This document shows positions 56,555 to 64,000 of a stretch of DNA of 64,000 bases, one piece after another (position 1 is the stretch's first letter; each line of letters starts with the position of its first letter). Location of the stretch: NCBI GenBank assembly GCA_951406725.2, contig OX597832.1, positions 62,434,001 to 62,498,000 on the forward strand. The letters run 5' to 3'. Below the pieces are notes generated by a model. The model was not told the DNA's origin, made no database searches, and was given only the letters and a program-made list of their open reading frames with translations. Position numbers and translations under genes: made by a program. Source of the stretch: Octopus vulgaris (lineage: Eukaryota).

Positions 56555-56773
56555 TATTTCTTTACTATCCACAAGGGGCTAAACACAGAGGGGACAAACA
56601 AGGACAGACAAACGGATTAAGTAGATTCCATCGACCCCAGTGAGTAAATGATACTTATTTAATCGATCCCGAAAGGATGAAAGGCAAAGTCGAACTCGGC
56701 GGAATTTGAACTCAGAACGTAAAGGCAGACGAATTACTGACAAGCATTCCGCCTGGCGTGCTAGCGTTTCTGC
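56555..56773 (-). mobile_element. SINE family A2
   Basis: Matches the array unit at 50311-51536. Confidence 0.88.
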
Positions 56774-57006
56774 ACATGTTGGATGTGTAGGTATATTCGA
56801 TGTTCATATACACAATATTGTAGCTGAATAATAATTAATTTGGTCACATTGTTCGGCGTTAATGTTTCTTGTTACTCTGGTCTTTTAAGATTCCCAGATG
56901 CATATACAGGCATCTCCCTCCCTCTCTCTCTCTCACACCCACGTATACACACACTCTCAGTCTATTCCTCCCTCTCCCTCTCCACTCTCTCTCTCTCTCT
57001 CTCTCT

Positions 57007-57046
<40 letters not shown>

Positions 57047-57127
57047 TGTATATATATATACAAGCGAGTGTATGTTTGTGTATATATATATATATATATA
57101 TATATAATACATGTCCATCTATATGTG

Positions 57128-57165
<38 letters not shown>

Positions 57166-57253
57166 TATATATATACATATATATATGCATATATGTATAC
57201 ACACACACATATATATATATAAATATATATAATATATATATAGAGAGAGAGAC

Positions 57254-57286
<33 letters not shown>

Positions 57287-57578
57287 GACATAGAGAGTGA
57301 GAGACAGAGAGAGAGAATTTTAATACACATTACTATTTGCACATTCGTGCCTCTATGTTAGACGTTCGTTTCATTTACGCATTTATTATATGACATTTTT
57401 TCCCGTGTGTCTACAAAATGTCCACGCATCATCTTATCAAAAAGCTTATCAATACCGTCAAAGTATTGCTAATTGTCTCACTGGTGTTTCTGTTTAATAA
57501 TCTGGTCAAAGAGAGAATCGCCTTATTAAACTCACATTATATGCTAACAAATCACTTCTTTTATACGTGGTACACCTT

Positions 57579-57975
57579 AGGCAGCGAGCAAGCAGAACCG
57601 TTAGCACGCCGGGCGAAATGCGTAGCAGTATTCCGTCTGCCGCTACGTATTGAGTTCAAATTCCGCCGTGGTCGACTTTACTTTCATTCTTTTGGGGTCG
57701 ATAAATTAAGTACCAGTTACGCACTAGGGTCGATATAATCGACTTAATCCGTTTGTCTGTCCTTGTTTGCCCTCTCAATATTTAGCCCCTTGTGGGTAAT
57801 AAAGAAATAGGTATTTCGTCTGCCTTTACGTTCTGAGTACAAATTCCGCCGAGGTCGACTTTGCCTTTCATTCTTTCGGGGTCGATAAATTAAGTACAAG
57901 TTGCGTACTATGTTCAATGTAATCGACTGGCCCCGTCCCCAAAAATTTCGGGCCTTGAGCCTAGAGTAGAAAAGA
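57579..57975 (+). mobile_element. SINE A2 + headless SINE A dimer
   Basis: Junction aaagaaatag|gtatttcgtc at 57810 is the same as in the 50.3-51.5 kb array. Confidence 0.88.
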
Positions 57976-58028
57976 ATATGTAGTACAACTTTGTACGCAA
58001 TAGAATTATGTTCGTAGTTCGCTACATC

Positions 58029-58675
58029 ATTTACTTGCATACTCTTTTACATGTTTCAGTCATTTGACTGCGGCCATGCTGGAGCACTGCCTATTGGTCG
58101 ATAAATCGCCCGCAGTAGTTATTCTTTGTATGCCTAGTACTTATTCTAATATATATATATGTATGTGTGCGTGAGTGTGTATGTGTGTCTGTGTGTGCGA
58201 TGGGATTCTTTCAGTTTCTGTCTGCCAAATCCGCTCACACAGCTTTGATAGGCCCTAGGAGGCTATAGTCGAACGTGCCGCGCAGTGGGACTGAGCCCGG
58301 AATCATGTGGTTGGGAAGCAAGCTTCTTACCACACAACCACTACTTTTCGTTATTTATTTATGAATTCTTACTGATTATAATCAGTTTTGAGTGCGGCCA
58401 TGCTGAAGCAGCATCTTGATGTATCCGGGCTGAACATATCGCACGCAGTGCGTTGTGGTCTTTTTATTTATTTATTATTTTTTTTTTTTTTGATGTTACA
58501 TGTTCAATCGGTTAATTTTGCTGAACGGCACCGCTAAGCTAAGGAGACGTAAACAAACCACACCAGTTGTCAAACAATGTAGAGGTGACAAACACAAAGA
58601 GAAGGTCACACACATACATACACAAACACACGCATAAACACATACATATAAACACGCTCACACAGACACACACTG

Positions 58676-58708
<33 letters not shown>

Positions 58709-58868
58709 TACTCCCACAGAGTTTCCGTCTAACAAGTTCACTTACGAAACGCTGATAAACATGTGTCTATAGGACAAGATTCTTCCTCGAGGTGCCTCGC
58801 AGTGGGACTGAACATGAAACCATGTGATTGCAAAACAAGATTCTTAACCACACGCACATAACTGCACC
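58029..58868 (-). mobile_element. Two family B SINEs (58029-58342, and an older one at ~58372-58868)
   Basis: cagtcatttgactgcggccatgct...cgcagtgggactga.c...aagcttcttaccacac. Confidence 0.8.
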
Positions 58869-58989
58869 TATATCCATCCACATTATTGAATATAAGTTAA
58901 TAACAGCAATATGTTATAAATGGATGTACGCATTATTTAATATTAAATAGATCAGTAGCGATCTTTCGCTTGTATCGTTAAAGGCACGA

Positions 58990-59445
58990 AATAGCGAATG
59001 ACTAGCACCATTATTCCGTCAAGAAATACTTTCCCATCAAGGACACATAACAGTGGACATGATTACATAACAGCTGTAGAAGTAGCATTAGTCTTAGATC
59101 TGCTAATTGGGAATTTCTTACACTTGCTAGAAGGTAATCGTAAAAAACCCTTCTGGTCATTAATAGCCATGAGAATGCGGTTAGAAAGTTCTCCTCCGAG
59201 GCATAAATCCAAGCAAGATTGTTTTATGGAAGACCAGCAGTTGTACATGCATACAACCTCTCTCTCCACGCTACTGGTGTTATCCAAGGGAAAGACAAAG
59301 GGGCCGATACAGACTTGGCACCTGTGACGTCGCAACTCATTTCTACAGCTGAATGAACTGGAGCAACGTGGAATAAAGTGTCTTGCTCAAGAACACAACA
59401 CACAGCCCAGTCCGGGAATTGAGCTCACTACCTCACTACCACTGA
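58990..59445 (-). mobile_element. tRNA-derived CORE-like SINE (family D)
   Basis: Minus strand reads gagctcaattcccggactgggctgtgtgttgtgttcttgagcaagacactttattccacgttgctccagttcattcagctg. Confidence 0.7.
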
Positions 59446-61096
59446 GTTATGCACCTCTACTGCTAGAAAGAAGGGCCAATTTTACTGAAACCAATCCATC
59501 CATCTTCTGCACCCACTATTCTAGGGCGGATGGTAGGGCTAGCGTTCTCATGGACCTCCTCGTTAGGGACATTAGACTTTCCTGTTCCACTCCCAAGCGT
59601 AACCAACTGGGACTATGTATGTTCCCAGCCATCTCTTTTGTTTGCCTGCATGTTTGCTCAGCTTGAATAATCCATCTGGCGATATTATAATCACATGTCT
59701 GTAGTGTTCTAATCTTCTCTGCGATATTCTAATTACATATCCGTAATAACGGAACTGTGATTCTTCAATGCGTTCAAATAGCAGCTACACCTGGAGTGAC
59801 TCCCTGATCTTCGAGCTACTCAATAAGCCTTCAGCTTGCTCGGTGGGAGGGAAGGGACATGATTTCGGAACACAAAGGATGCGTGACCCAAGACGCTGGA
59901 TCAGATCGAGAAGGGAAAATCGTTAAGAACTTTACTGATATTTTATCCTTATTTCGAAAACATAGATTTTTATTTTAATGTGACACATGTTCACTCATTT
60001 GTAAGCAAAATGTTGCACCAATCACCGCCTTATCTGACAAGATACTGGATGTCTATCGCGATTAGTTGGATACCGGATGCTCCGTTTTTAGCCAATAGAA
60101 GGACTTTAGAATCAGATCGCAATGTCACAGAACAAAAGCCAGAATGAGTTGTCGAATTTGCTTCTCAACTAAGATTCAACAGAGTATTCTAATTGCATCG
60201 TAATTACGAATGACCGAAGAGATTAACATCTGTCCAGCGGAGCTACCTTGGTACAAACCTATTGCTCTGATGAGGGACCATCTATTTTGTTCCAGTAGCG
60301 AAGAGTAGGACTGAAATATAGCATTACAATTTTTTTAACACCAGTCGAACAGATGAAAAATTACAAATTCCTTTGTAAAGTATTTGCTGACAAACTCACC
60401 AACAAAGCATTCTATATGTGGAGAGGTAGAAAAAGAAGAGAAGGCGACAGAGAGATAGACAGATGGGGAGAGAGAGGTAGAGAGTGATGGAGAGCATCGC
60501 ACGAGACTATATATAAAGAAATACAGCAAGAATCTAAATTATCATGTTATGCTGAATGTACATGTTTTATAGATACAGGCTCAAATTATTCTATACGGCC
60601 ATATATATATATATGAATACATAGGAAAGAAATACACCAGAGAAAATATCCGAACGTATCAGGTTATTCATTCAAAATACACAGGCTATTATATGAATGA
60701 AGAAACGAGAAAAATTGTTAACAATCATAAACAAATATGCAAATATGAAGCTAATATACATAAATATCACACAACACAAAATAATAAAACCAGATTCGCT
60801 CTCACGCAAACATACAAAATTGGCACGTAAATACATAAACACGTATGTATATGTATGTATGTATATATATATAATGCTATGAACACTTACTTGACTAAAG
60901 ATAGAGGTACAATCACGCAGAGACAGTTATAAATGTCCTACACACGAAAGCATGGAAGGCACACACGTAAATAGGAGCGTCACCTCACGCATGAACACAA
61001 TGCTACACTCGCACTTAATTATATCTATATTATATTTTGTTTACACGTAATAACATACAAACAAACATACAGTCGTACAATACATATGATATGAGC

Positions 61097-61175
<79 letters not shown>

Positions 61176-61579
61176 TGTGTTTGTGTGTGTATGTATGTAT
61201 AAATGCATATAGCTCTTTGTATGTGAGTGTCTGTGCGTTAATTTATAGGTGTGTTGTGCCTGCGTGCGTTTTACAGAAGATATTTACTTGGTCATACATT
61301 GATAGAGTGATTTTCATATATAAAGAGGATTCTGTTTCGTTGAATAAAAACTTATTTGCTATCAACCCCTTTCCTGCAAAATTATGCTCTATAATATAAT
61401 AAACCACAAATTATTACGCATAGCATATGCATACGCAGACATTTATATATATACGTGTGTGTGTGTGTGTGAGTGTGTGTGTATACATATACATATATAT
61501 ATACATAATTATATACATATATATATATATACTTATATATATATATATAAATATATATACATATATATGTATACATATA

Positions 61580-61622
<43 letters not shown>

Positions 61623-62468
61623 GCATATATAGCTAGTATGAATACATACATATATATGTATGTTTGTATATATGTATACATTCATATATATGCATATATA
61701 TACATATATAATAAAAAATATATATACACTTACTCATGTGTATGTGCATATGGATATGTATATATATATATATAAATATATATATATATATTTAACTATC
61801 AATGTACACATATGAATATAAACATACATATATATATATATACACGTATATATACATATGTATATACACGTATATAGTCAGTTAGACTTAAATGGCGTGT
61901 GTATTGAATTATGAACGTGCGTACGCATGTACATGCATGGATATGCATGGTTGTATGTCTATGTGGAAATAAGCATGCATGGTGATGAGTTTAGTGTTTG
62001 CTTTTATTTACTTCCTATAGAGTGTACGTACGTACGTACGAACTTACGTACATATCTGCAGGAGCCTGTGTTTGTACATGCATGTATGGGCGTGTATTTG
62101 TCCCCGCTTAATATAATCGCCCATTTAGGGAATATGTTTACTGCTGAAAGCAAATAATTGTTTGATAGAATTACATTTAGGGATAGGATTCTGAAATCAC
62201 TTGATAATTGAAAAAAAATATTCCACATGAAATAGAAAATATATTTAAAAAACACGCAAAATTATCAGATTGCATATCTTTCTCCTTCTCTATCTCTCTC
62301 TTATTATGTATCTCCCTCACTATCTCTCTATCTCCCTCTCACTCTTTCTCTCTCTCCCTCTCACTCTTTCTCTCTCTCTCTCTATTTGTGTCTCGACCCT
62401 ACTCTTTCCTTGTCGGCATGTATACATACATACATACATATTCATACATACATACATACATACATACA

Positions 62469-62499
<31 letters not shown>

Positions 62500-62680
62500 G
62501 TATAACTGTATATAAATCTGTATAAACGCTGGACGGACGCATTGATATATAACAATTTAATTATGTATTTTATATATTACATATTATGTACATGTATTTA
62601 ATACAATTATATGCATTGGAGTTAAACACACCTGCAACCACAAAGACACACATACACATGAATTGACAATGAAACACACA

Positions 62681-62735
<55 letters not shown>

Positions 62736-62782
62736 TCTGAACTTTTGTGTAATTACATACATACATATGAATATGTATACAG

Positions 62783-62839
<57 letters not shown>

Positions 62840-62908
62840 CATGTATGTATGTACGTATATATATATATATATATTTATATGTATCTATGTATGTATATAT
62901 ATATATAC

Positions 62909-63561
<653 letters not shown>

Positions 63562-63659
63562 ACATACATACATGTATATATATAAGTATATACATATCTG
63601 TTTACACATATATATATATATATATGTATGTAATTACACATACACACGTACAAATGCAA

Positions 63660-63714
<55 letters not shown>

Positions 63715-63956
63715 ATATGTGCTTTATTGTCAATTCTTGCGTCTGTGTGTCTTTGTGGTTGCAGGTTTGTTTGACTCTAATGCACATAATTGCATTAAAT
63801 ACATGTACATAATATATAATATATAAAATACATAATTAAATTGTTATCTATGAATTCGTCCATGCAGCGTTTATACAGATTTGTATATATATCTATATAT
63901 ACATATCTATATTTAACTAGATATATTTATATATTTATATAGATAGACAGACATAC

Positions 63957-64000
<44 letters not shown>

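Overview
AT-rich, microsatellite-saturated eukaryotic DNA, most likely intronic or intergenic. I recognise the SINE families and repeat texture as octopus/cephalopod-like, but this is not verified. I found no host protein-coding exon, and nearly all ORFs in the track are translations of (TA)n, (CA)n, (ATT)n or (GATA)n arrays. The window is a nested transposon landscape. It holds many tRNA-derived SINEs of three to five families, including a ~1.2-kb head-to-tail array. It has 3' fragments of restriction-like-endonuclease LINEs: R4/Dong-like copies embedded in (ATT)n, and a HERO-like copy with a 28-bp target duplication. It also has a decayed hAT transposase, a decayed mariner and a mariner MITE. 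The most interesting signal is about a dozen short non-coding elements from several unrelated families, each carrying a minimal type I hammerhead ribozyme motif of the Penelope-like/retrozyme kind. Most of them end directly in (TA)n. Several show partial tandem or inverted duplications that imply multimeric or circular RNA templates. Coordinates were read by eye, so boundaries of degenerate elements are approximate.
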